Source: Trichoplax adhaerens (taxonomy: Eukaryota > Animalia > Placozoa). Taken from it: a stretch of DNA of 64,000 nucleotides. The first letter of the stretch is position 1; every line of letters begins with the position of its first letter. The position numbers and the translations under genes were made by a program. Under the pieces are notes generated by a model. The model did not search any database. It saw only the letters and a list, made by a program, of their open reading frames with translations, and had not been told where the DNA came from. The stretch is taken from NCBI RefSeq assembly GCF_000150275.1, contig NW_002060944.1, forward strand, positions 2,580,152 to 2,644,151, written 5' to 3'. Below, piece by piece: positions 12,662-25,155 of the stretch.

Positions 12662-12776
12662 CGTTTGGGTCAAAGCCCTTTCGAAAACACGACGCCGGTC
12701 GCCCGATGTTCAAAATATAAATTTTTATATTGTGGGCGACCAGTATCGAATTTTGGAAAGGGCTTTAACCCAAACG
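12662..12776. mobile_element. MITE-like palindrome with 43-bp GC-rich arms
   Basis: CGTTTGGGTCAAAGCCCTTTCGAAAACACGACGCCGGTCGCCC pairs with GGGCGACCAGTATCGAATTTTGGAAAGGGCTTTAACCCAAACG; the AT-rich spacer is also partly self-complementary. Confidence 0.6.
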
Positions 12777-15700
12777 GATCTAGATGCTCGACGCTGGGTT
12801 TTCGCCGCCCATATGAATGTACCAAAACTGACATATTCCTTACATAGCTTTTCTGTCAGTAAATATTTTTAATCTCTGAACTCACACTTAATCCAAGTAT
12901 GTATGTTGTCTAATTCAACTATCAATAGCTAGAACTTGAATCATCTTACTACTATCTACACATACTAACAATCAATATCAAATACGTAATAAACTATCAC
13001 AAATAATGTCCACATTAAGGCATTACTTATCTTACCTAGCACTACAAATATAGATATTTTCCGTATTAGCTACTACTGTACTTATTAAAGTATCTTAACG
13101 GTAAGGTAACACGGTAACATCCATCAACCGTACAATTTAACCACTACTGACTGACCTACTGTATTATGAAACTTACATTAATGAAAAACATTGCCTTTTT
13201 CCTTCATATTATTACTGCACATGCTGTAATTTTTTCATTATACAGTAATGTTATAACGGCACTAGCAATTTACTTGGATTTTGGTTTTAAAATGAGCAAG
13301 GTCGCCGTCCAAAAGGAGTTGCGACGATGCAGCTTGACGCAAATACAGCAAAAATTTGATCGAATTACGCACATTCAAATAGCAACTCAGGAACAGATAT
13401 CTATATGAAAAAGAATGACTGCACGACAGGCATAAAAGAACCAGGTGTTGTGATTGTAGCTTCGGCAGAGACTACTCCACAAAAATATTGGAAAAATTTT
13501 TTGATTTATGCAGGAATTATGGAGTAGTTCTTGGTTACGTCACCATGAAAAATTCATCTACACTCTACAGTAATGTCGGACTGCTTAACTGTACAGTGTA
13601 TAGTGTACAGTACAGCCATATGTAATGTTACCGGATGGTATTTCGCAAAGGATGCTTGCGATATGTAGAGGATGAGATATATATTTTATTAGTATCTTAG
13701 AGAGAGAAAAAGCAAGAAGACTCGGAGGAAAGTTTATTAAGGTTACAGTATACATACAGCAGACTGTACGACGTGAATGTACTTGCGGTGCTATACGTTT
13801 TATATGATAGTCCATTATGTTACATCATGGATGAAATTGAGATTACAGTATTGTATCATTTACGATTTTACGTACTGTCCAAGTGCACCAATATTCCTAA
13901 TTGTTTCCTGACAATGAACGCATTATATTGTACGATGCTATCAAATATCAACCTTCTCTATTTGTATTAAGATTGATAGGAGTGCTAATCAATACAAATT
14001 TGGTGAAATGGGGATAAATTACGTGCATTCTCAAGCCACAGTGTTATGAATTTTGATGATGCTTTGCCAATTACAGAGTACTGTACGGTGTACAGTATAG
14101 CATACGAAATAGTTCCCAGAGAAATATTAATTAGCTTCATAAACGACAGTCAGTTAGCATTATAATTATGGTTTGTGTTTCACACGAAGTGACACCATTC
14201 GTATACCCTTCATTTCGAAACAGTATCCAAGTACACTACTATATAGTTGCCATCTCATTACGTTAAGCAAACGCGGAAAGCAAGAATAGGAGTAGGAACG
14301 AAATTAGTACGAGAGCTAGAATGGTGACTAAAAGATTATTACGAATTTCATTGTTAATTAAGCAACGGCATTCGTAAGATCTTCTTGGCATATAACGATA
14401 AATGTTGGTTTATATCGTTCGTATTCTAAAAATCGATAGTTACTTTGTAATATTTTAAAAATGATACGTATATTTGTCTTGCAAGGATACTCGTATTTGA
14501 CATTTAATGAGATGATTTTAGACGAAATCTTTCGCAATAAACCAACAGTGAAAGCAATAAATGTAGACGTACGAATACTGTACAAATCCAAAAATACGCT
14601 CGTACATAGGCTATTATACGACTAAAAGGTAATCGAATTCTGTGTAATTAAACTAAAGAAGTATCCTATGAAAATAGTTATGCGGTACAGGTAACTAAAA
14701 TAAAAATATTGTTATCATTTACTATAGACCAATTCGTACTGTGCTAGAAGTAATTTTCAGGATTACAATCATAGTAGTGTAATACATACTTTATTCCCTT
14801 TCAATGACGGTGGCGAATATTTCACTGGCAATGATTATCGCAGTTGCATGCTGTTTATAGCAAAGTATTTACTACTATTAGCAATACTTGGCACAATGTT
14901 GTAAATAGAATAATGACAATGTGGTGTCTGCTTAGATCTTTCGTTCAATTTAAGTTGATAGCATCCAATGATACTGTTACGGCTTAACTTATGCAACGGG
15001 CAATTTTTACTAGCATGGGTGATACATCGTACGCCTGTCTATTATCTAATAAGAATCAATATATAGTCTATCATTACTTGTGATGTTATTCTAATGCTTA
15101 CTTATTAAATGTTATGAAAATATAACTATTTGAAATAATAGATTATAATTATCAAAAAAGAAAATTGGTGAAAGCTTAATACTTAATATCTTACATTCTG
15201 ATACAACGTTCTTGGAATGAACCTATTTCAAATTTGTCTTGAAAAGCGTTAGCGGTCGTAGTGCATGCTTTACCAATATCGCAAAAGCTAAACTATTAAG
15301 ATTATCTTGCAGAGCTGATTTTGAGACCAACTACTAGAACAAATGTGATCAACAACGACTTTGTTCTCCTTTTAGTAGCATTCCTTTTAGTCGTGAAATC
15401 GGAATCTGCTTATGTTCACGTATCTAATCGTAGCCATAACAATTATCAATAGTGTGGCAATTGTATTCATTTAAAATACGTCTTTATCGCTCTAATTGTT
15501 ACGTAAATTAACGAAGAAAAATACATTATCATGAAATATTAACAATAATAAGAGTTTACCGATATCTTACATATAAAATGTTTTACAATCGCCAGTCGAC
15601 CTTTCTACTGTATTTCATTGTTATTAAAATTTGAATTACTCCTTTTGAGTTTCCTTGAAAGGTCAAAGATACATTTAGTTCCCTGTTTATTTTTTATATA

Positions 15701-18700
15701 AATGGAGTTCTAATAACACAAATTACGAGGCAAAGAAAGAGATAATCATCACAATATGTAAATATTTTAAGTGTTGCGACATGTGATATGCTCTTTGTCA
15801 CCAATTGATCATTATTTAGACATTATACGATCGCAATACCTAACACTTTATATATTCGACTACTTTAATATTTAATAAAGTCATAAGTATATAAAATTAT
15901 AATTCGACTTTACTATCACAATTATCAATTGAGTAACGTAGAATCAAATGATAAATCCTTCATTTAATCAGGCTATCATAAAGTATTATACGGTAATTTG
16001 AGTTTAAAATATGGATAAAGCATAGTATAGCACTGTAAATGTTGCGAAACTGTGGTACGAAATAACCAACTAGCGATTGTTAAAATTAAAGAAGATAATT
16101 GAAATGCTTAAGTACTTCGGTACTAGTCTCCTAGTCTAAATGCGGTATTTAGTAGAATAAAAATTTCTAAGACGAATATTGATATGTGGAATGATTGCCT
16201 AGGTTATTCATGAGAGTTAAAATAATATTACTAAATACATAAGAGTATGCTTAGTATCACTAGAATACGAAATAATGCTATTCAGTGATGAATACAACTG
16301 TGCCCTCTGTATTGCAACCGGTGATTTCAGCGTACCAGAGCATGATTCGAAAGTGAGCTACCGTGCATGATAGCAGTTCGTATCTAGACTTAATTAATAA
16401 GATTTCATTTGTTATGTTGTTGCTTGGATGTATATTGAACAAGCTCTTTCACTCATATTTTCGTATTATACACCAACGACAATGAATTTGATCACTTTTA
16501 ATGTATTGTCTATTTTACTGTTCATTCTGTATACTACTATTGTGCATACTAGTATATGCTAGCTGCTACAAGATTAAAATGAGCACATAGCGGCAATTTT
16601 TAAATTGCAAGCCGAATTTTTCTCATTAAAATACCATGTAATAACAACATTTTATAGTGTGTACTATTACTAACTGCTTATATATCGACAACATGAAATA
16701 CAATGACATCTTATACATTGCATCTTATGAACTTTATTAGCTACTATTCCTCTTTCAATCTATTGCTTATATAAGAATCCGTACCGTATTTAGTAGCATA
16801 TACAGTACAAGTATACTGTATTCGGATAAAATTATTCTGAATAGCGAAGGCGATAGTTTCAATAATTAATATACGAGTAAAACGTATTATTCTATTACGT
16901 GCCGGCTTATACTAGTATATTTATTAAATTAAACATTGCATAAAGCCTTCTAAGCTGCTGACTAACAAAAAAACAGGGTTAGCATATACGATACTAAGCT
17001 ATTGTTGCCTGTTTATTAAAAATTTGGCTGACGTGCGGACATCTTGAACCCTGTGATGTCATACTCTGCAGCTGACAGTTTGTTGTATAAACTACCGCTT
17101 TATATAGTACAATAATGTAATTTGCCAAATCTTACCTTTAGGGAACCCGATCGCCAATGCAGAACCCAAATTATTACCGTTTGATTTAAAATTGAGTTGA
17201 GTACCATATAAAGTATACCGGTATGTACTGTATATACATAATTTGCTTTGTATATCATAATGCAGTTATTGAATGTGGAATAGTTTAGCATCCTTTAGTA
17301 TCAGACTAAATGGTCGCTAAAATGGTTTAAACTTGTAGTAAAGGTGGTAAAAAAATTGCAGGCGTTGTGATTGATAAAAGAAAAATATAGGGCGAGTAAG
17401 TGGTTACTAATAAGCCGTTTCCAGCATGATTATTGAATAATTGAACGCCAGTATTGGTAGTACATTAAGTTGTGTTTTGCTATATTGCTTTCGTTTCATC
17501 ATGCAGACAAGTTATTACATTCATAATGTTTGACAGCTCCGCATTTAACTAACATAAATCCATACAAATTCGTCTATTGCATGAAAATTAAAACAAAGCA
17601 AGCAATAAAATTGTTTCAATACTTGTTTCTAAAGCTTATGGTAATACGCATTTTTAAAATCTGAATAACGTATACCATTCAAATTTTACAAGATGAATCT
17701 TACAACATACAATATTACTAGCTACGTAGACTACGTATTATACTGTAATTATCAATATATATTGCAAACAAGTTCTAAGATAATATACTGTAGTATATTG
17801 AAGTTATGTTTTCTGTTTATTGCTCTGTCAGATTATACAAACAATAGTGATTCAATAATTTTAGCATATACATTAGAAAGTATATATATGGCTAGAGCTC
17901 ATTAATATACAGTAGTTTCATGCCGTCGACAAATAATAACGTATTTATCAATTCGGTTATCTCCTAAATGCATTATTATAAGCTAGCTATTAATTATACA
18001 AATAAACTGGGTTTTAATATTAAGCCTGCTACCGCAAACTAATGAAACGCTAATGAGAAATCTACACTATTGCGCATTTAATTAATTGTGATCTTTGTCG
18101 ATTCGCGCATAATATCCTTATATTCTCTACTTAGAATGACAAAAATGTGAACGAATATTGATCTGTTCTTTGTTAAAATTTATTTCAAAAAGTTGCTTTA
18201 GCAATGAAACCGGTAGCGACTACTTACTTAATAAAAAACATTCAGGAAAAGTTAATAAGATTTTACGGTTTCATTATCATTCTCCATAATCATTTCTATT
18301 CATATGTATAAACATGTTTAAATTTTAAACTATACAAAGAGCGATAGTCATAATAACAATAGGGTTTGCTCAATAGAATAAACTAATTGAATTAAGATCT
18401 ACAGCTGTTATTAGATATGATTTTGAAGTGTAATATGCAATTAAAGGGCTCCTCATATAAGAAGTAGTAAGTGCCTTCGGAAAGTAACTCATTGTAAAAT
18501 GATTATGGCGTTTCAATCTCTTTAAAATATGTATTACATATCAGCTGTGGAGGTTATTTAGCAATTATTTGGGATATTGTAAACTGACTAAGGTGCACAT
18601 TTATAAATTTCGAGATAGTTTCATGACTAAATGATTTTTAATGGCTATATAGTTGATGTTGAGTTAATACGAGTATATGACTTTGCCATCCAGGTCAGCT

Positions 18701-20353
18701 TACTCGTATAAATCGAAATAACATCCGCTATTTAAATGTCAAAAGCTAGCTGCGAAGGTAGATATTTATAGTTATAGATTGGATTAAGAAAGTTGCATAA
18801 TCCGAATCAACATTGTAATTGCAATAGGTTCCGTTAGTCATCACTGTTCACGCATAACTAAACCTAGACAACAATAAGTTACGATGAAATTAATGAAATT
18901 CACGTTTAATAGCAGCCACATCTTTAGCATAATGTGTTATCAGTAAATGATAATTTCAATTACGTACGTTTCATATCGTCACATTTCTCATTTAGGAGTA
19001 TTGCTATAGCCAACAAGAAGAATTCTTAGAAGTCCTGTAACTTGCCTTGTTAACCTAACCCTTCGTTACTTTTTACCATCTAATTTTGTTGTTAATTGAT
19101 TTATAAACAGCATAAATTCTTATCAGCATTCAGTTATATGAACATTGTCTCTGTACACACGCATATACGAATTTTTACTTATGCGATACCTGTTCAGTTA
19201 TGCATTGCTAAGCTAGTAGTAGACCGAGAAAATTAAATTTTGAGAATAAGAATTCAATTTCGTTATAAGTTCTTTCAATTCATATTCTTCTTGCTATGGA
19301 CATGTATTACTAAATCTTTAAATTTTTTTTATATTTATCTCGTATATTCACTTAAATGTGTACGGTAATTACCTTTACAAAATCTAACTTTGCTAATATT
19401 GCTGATTTCGCTAAGCTTATGAATAAGGGTCAATTAGTACAGGCCGTGACATTGATAGTAATGCGATCTTTTTATAGTTAGACAAATAAGCTTAGCCTTG
19501 TGAACATGTGAATTAACGCTAGAATAATTTCGCAAAAAACTCTGTGTTTCATTTCCGCACGTCTGGTTTGAGTTATTATTTGCTGTCAGCCTCGTCTTGC
19601 TGTTTATTCACCGTGAATAAAATTTTATCTAGACGAAACATCGGTCTTTTTGTTCGATATTTTTGAAGAGTATATTGTACGTAATGGTAATAATATAAAC
19701 ACTGATACTGTAATATAATGGAAATGGTAATTTGGGTATGGTCTTTATCAAACCCTGGCGGCACCCACCCCGAAATGTAACAATGGAACTTATTCCATTC
19801 GATCTATATAAAGTATTTCGCCTGCTAATAGATCAGATATTGAGAATAAAAATTGTTGCATTTAGCTAGTGGCGGACAAAGTGGATCTGATTCTTACTTC
19901 TAATTTAGGATATTGCAACAATAAAAAATATTACGATCTCGCCAATTCTCCTAATTTATATTTTATATTTAATATCAATTTATAATTTCTCATTTTAGGC
20001 AATCAAATATGGCATTGCGATCTTTTCATACATAATCGCTAGTGCCTCCCGCAACTTCGATATGTTTTCATTGATATTAGAAACATATACTGTGAAATTG
20101 ATCAAACCTTTTAATATACTTGTATACAGCTTACAACAGACTTAAAATATTTCTTCTACCTCAATAAATCCCTAAATTTGGAGTTTAATTTATTAGAATT
20201 TAAAAGTTCAGATTTACTTAACGTTAATATGAAAGTAAAATAATCTCGCCCACCAGTATTATATAGTCCTTCCGTTATGTCTTTCATTTAATTGCCAATC
20301 GTAGTAATTGCACAACATCCACATAAAATCGACGCCATTTTTATATTCGGTAG

Positions 20354-20808
20354 TAAACTATTTTTCTGGTGGCGGTAATTACAATATAAGTGGTATAAAT
20401 ATATCTATAATTTGACTATAACAGGATTTTTCTTTATCTTCATAATGTACAGCAACTATGTCTCAGAACAATCCTTATTATTTATTATTCGAGAGTTACT
20501 ACCTACTTCTATTACTGATTTAGAGTAATATAAAACTACTTGCCGTACTGATAAATCTTTAGAGAGATCTCTCAGAGTCTCTTAAACGATTTTTCTGGTG
20601 GAGGTAATTACAACATAAGTGGTATAAATATGTCTATAATTTGACTATAATAGAATCTTTCTTCATCTTCATGATATACAGCAACTATGTCTCAGAATAA
20701 ACCTTATTATTTATTATTCGAGAGTTACTACCTACTTCTATTACTGTTTTAGAGTAATATAAAACTACTTGCCGTGCTGATAAATCTTTAGAGATCTCTC
20801 AGAGTCTC
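20354..20808. repeat. Tandem duplication, two copies, period 229 bp
   Basis: 20354-20581 and 20583-20808 are highly similar, with scattered substitutions and small indels. Confidence 0.95.
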
Positions 20809-21832
20809 GAATAAATCTTCAATGGAGACATTTATTTTAAGGTAGCATTTTTTTTATACGGTAGTACTCTAGGATAGATTTTACTCTAATGTTCAAATTC
20901 TGCAACGTGACATATTTAGCATTCTATTATAGTAATGGTAATAGTTTATTTATTCTTTATCATTAGATCTTCCTCCCATTCATTCAAGTTATATATATAT
21001 GAATAACATAATTGCTATTAAGGTGCTATTGCTGTCACTTCTGTATACAAACTCATATCAAGTTCAATCATTCATATATTATTGTGTAAATACGCGTATA
21101 ATCCGCCCAGAATAGCAAAGTAGAAGCTTTACCAATAGTAACACAGTGACGCACACAAGCTTAGGTGATTTAGAACTGCTTTATTACGGTAGTTTAGGTT
21201 ATTTCTATATGTACACTATATTCGCACTCACATATTTCTTGTGCTACTCATTGCTATTACAGTGTCATCTTTTCACTGCGTATAGTACCTTTGATGCGCG
21301 TACCAAAGATACACTAATTATACTAATTATAACACGAGTTACAATATCCTACTCATGGCTACTACACAGGGTTATGCTATGCTATGCTTGCCAAAATAGC
21401 CCAAAAGTTAAGGTAAGAATACTGTTGCCATATGACACATTGAGACTATAGTGTATAGTAGAGTAGACTACACGTACGAGTTCATGTATGCAGTTGGCAG
21501 TTGCAAATCTCGTGCATCATTCTTCATCTTTTGTACAGTACTAATAGATTTCTGCAATTTCCCTTCAGTTAACTCAATACCATACGGTATTCAGTGTCCG
21601 TATTATCCTAGACACTATACCGTACAAAGTGCCGGAGAAATTTTCCTGATTTGAACGAAAATAAAATAATAAAAAAAATGTACAGAACTTTAACAAATTG
21701 CATATCAAACGATATTAGACGAGTCCATTTGCACGAATCCGTCATTATAATTTACGTACGACGTCTACAGTAGATCTTGCACTAATTATGTTTAAAGTGA
21801 AACCGTCATTCTCGAAATTCGTCAGACAGTTA

Positions 21833-21996
21833 ACTGTACAGAACAGTACTATGTACTACAGTATAATTTGTAGTTGGCATGTACTGAACAGTGTACAGTA
21901 CAGTGTAGGGTATTCCAAAGTTTTTACACTCGACCGTACCACTGCGTACAGTACAGTACAGTACTTACTGTTCGGTGTACAGTACATTATACTGTA
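21833..21996. repeat. ACAGT array upstream of the GoLoco gene
   Basis: CAGTA/TACTG runs ending about 450 nt before ATG 22445. Confidence 0.85.
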
Positions 21997-22444
21997 ATAA
22001 AGATAACTGTCCAGCTGCAGTTTATTATGTAAGCACTCGGTCATTGTAAATGTATAGAATATGAATAATAATTAGAAAGAATAATTAGAGGCTTTATTTA
22101 TCAGAAAATCTTCCAGTACGCTTATTTTTTTTTTTATTCTGGGAGGTTTCCGTTGTTGATATTTTATACGCATCTCTGTGGTAGATATCAATCATCTCCC
22201 CATGCTACTGTAAATGACGAGAACTTATTCTAGTGTGGTTGATTGGTTGTTATTTGCTGCATCATTCTACGCCAAACGTATGAACTGTTCGTATAAAAAT
22301 TGAACACCAACAGTTTCGGACTCTATCCAGCATTTTACGATCGATTGCTGGTATTTTACGGCTTGGTTACTCACGCGTATTGCCCAAAGTTTTTATTCAA
22401 AGTCTGAATACGAAACGATAGAATAAATTTTCACTTACCAGAGC

Positions 22445-25155
22445 ATGGATCAAAGCAGACCACCTTTAACTAAGGCAAAATCACTACTAGATCCTCAATG
22501 CCCTTCTAAGACGGCAGAACCCAACCGATTAAATCAAGAATTCGTGGATAGCGTCATGAAAAGTCAGGTTGGTTAAGGATAACTTAAATTCTTTCCTAAA
22601 ATTTCTTCAAACTTATACTATAGTTGTACTTTAGCTGAGCAATATTATACATGTATGCTATATATATGCACTAGCTTTATAAATTTTGTAAGATCATAAA
22701 AACATTAATGATCAGTATTATTAATTACTTATATTATTCGTAGTCATTAAAGCAATTTGATATCGTCGGTATTAGGGAAGGAGCATTTAGAAATTATTGA
22801 GGTTAAAAGTGCTTCTCCATCAAAATTTCAATTAGTGCACAAAATTTCATTCTAGAGAAAGTAGTAATCCTATACAGATTGATAATATATATAAAGGATG
22901 TGGGTATACTGAAACTGCATCATGATATTGTATATGAACTATGGGCTACAATAGAATAACTTGGATTATCAAGTTATTGGATCTTTTCACTTAGTTTGAA
23001 ACTATTAAGATACTGTATTTTAGCTTTTACTACATATTTTGAAAGGTGTGATGCCGTATCAGTACCTTATTATGGAGTAGAATGCGATATTATACTTATG
23101 CATATATCTTATTGTATCCTTAGTTATGATATAATTATTGTTAGATTTATTTTTATTCCTTCTCTATCCGCTTAAATATATACGTACATACGAGTACAAG
23201 AGTATATATATATATATATACTGTATACTGTAAGTGCAGAAATCGTTCGCACGCGAAAAAATTTGATAAATTTGGATTTTATCTTTTACAATGAATTTAT
23301 TAGTCTGAGAGATTAGACGAACAACGATGTAGTGCTTTTCTACTCAATCAAGATCTCATCCAATTGATCGATAAAGTACAAAGCAAGGGAAGAATGGATG
23401 ACCAACGCTTCACGAACGAATGTAAGACTGGTTACCAGAAATAGATTGCTGCGATTTCTTAATAACATTCAAAATATTTTGTATGGGCAGAATATAAGCT
23501 ATAACGTACTGTATGAAATAATTCCACCTGCGAGTCAAATACAATTAGATTTTATCGATCGTTTTCTCTATGATGTCTATTAATTTTGAGGCATATCGGT
23601 ATTGTTGTAGTAGGATCTCTAAAATTTGATGTTTGCCGAAGATAGAAATACTATCATACTTTAATTGTCAAAAAATTGGCTAAAAATTATCAAAATGAAA
23701 AATAGAATGTAGTTTACGCGTATATGTGCTTAAGGGTCAGCATATAGAAACGATTCAGTGATCAGATATGTAGGTTGTAAAATTAAAATTTGCCAAATTA
23801 TTTCATATAAATAATCATAAAACTAATTCTTTCATTTTAACGGCAAAGTTTGTAATAATCCTTCACTTTGCCTATTTTTTAATACAGCAGCTAGATCTAG
23901 AATATTTGTTTTAGTTTTGCACTAATACAATGTATAGCAGTGCTTTTAGATTAAAACAGTTTGCTTGCTGTGGATTTTTTGCTCGTCGATTGTTTGTATG
24001 TTTGTATATTATACGTAGTTACGTTTGATGATGTTACTCCAAGTTACGGCGTATCTTGATTGGCAATCTATGCCTAGTATACAGTATAGCGTAGACACAG
24101 ATACACCTTAGGACAATTAACCATATTTAAATATAAGTTGGAGCAACAAATATAGCACGGCCAATTAATTATTTACTTCGATTATAAGAATTTGGCAACG
24201 TAGTTGTTCTCCATTGCTTCCTGAATGCTAAGTATATACCGTCTTCGAAATGGCTCGCTGTGATAAAATGGAATCAAACAGAGACTCAAACGCTGTTCTA
24301 TAGTAGTATAGTAAAGTATGAATACAAGTAGCAATAAAACTCTTATCAACTAACAACTGGGTTATCAGTTAAATCGAAAATTGAAAGTGGACTTTACGAT
24401 GCTTTAAAAGTAACGAATCTTCCTTTGATTTAATTTTAACGTTTACTGCATCAACAACATTCAATAAATGCTATAAAACTGTCTGTTAATTTCACCAGGA
24501 ATTTACGACGTCTAGATTATGATTGGGCTATTAATATTTTGATAGTTGATATGAAAAACAGAATACATGGCAAAAAAAACGATCATCCAAATGTTAATTA
24601 TGAGCAACTAAAGAAATATAGCATACTTACAATGCTTACTATTTTATACTATGATGAACTACTTTGCCAATGCTTTATATCTATTGAAGAGCTTAGTTGT
24701 CAATCTTATAGACTAGTAAAGTAGTAATGCGATTCTGTACTATCTTGGAATAAATCTAATTAGTTTCATGATGAACACGGTTTGCAAATTATGGTGAAAA
24801 TTTGGCAGTCAATTATGGTGAAGTTGTAATTTCTAGTATAATAAGGCCATAGTAAGAGTGGTACATTGGATCAGTTAAATGTATAATGTTACAATGAAAC
24901 AATGAATTGAAATATCCAATTGCGGAGACTACAGTACTTTGTATTGTTTAATATAAAAAATAAGGTATGATTGGAGGGATCAAAATGATAGGCGAATGTA
25001 TAACATTTATGATCAATTTTCAACTAAGTATCGTCGTATCTAAGCTATTCATCAACATTTGATTAATTATGGATAACGATATCGCTAATAAATAATGAAA
25101 TTTTTATTCTTTTATACATTTAGCAACGGTCCAACGCTCGATACGCTCAGTATGA
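22445..25155 (+). CDS. Small two-GoLoco-motif protein (PCP2/GPSM3-type architecture), about 90 aa
   Basis: Exons 22445-22567, 23304-23421 and probably 25124-25155, with GT-AG junctions in compatible phases: MDQSRPPLTKAKSLLDPQCPSKTAEPNRLNQEFVDSVMKSQ/SERLDEQRCSAFLLNQDLIQLIDKVQSKGRMDDQRFTNE/STVQRSIRSV*. Two (D/E)QR triads. The last exon is less certain. Confidence 0.8.

Noticed and set aside
13166-13590. Slightly GC-richer stretch that might be a decayed transposase
   Set aside because: Multiple stops and no recognisable DDE or other motif.
16286-16360. C-box-like GTGATGA, possible snoRNA
   Set aside because: No properly placed D box or terminal stem, and no host gene.
21146-21654. Hydrophobic ORFs of 101 and 67 aa
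   Set aside because: Non-ATG starts, composition expected from AT-rich DNA, no family motif.
23398-23583. 61-aa ORF overlapping GoLoco exon 2
   Set aside because: Wrong frame and runs into intron; the GoLoco frame explains the exon.
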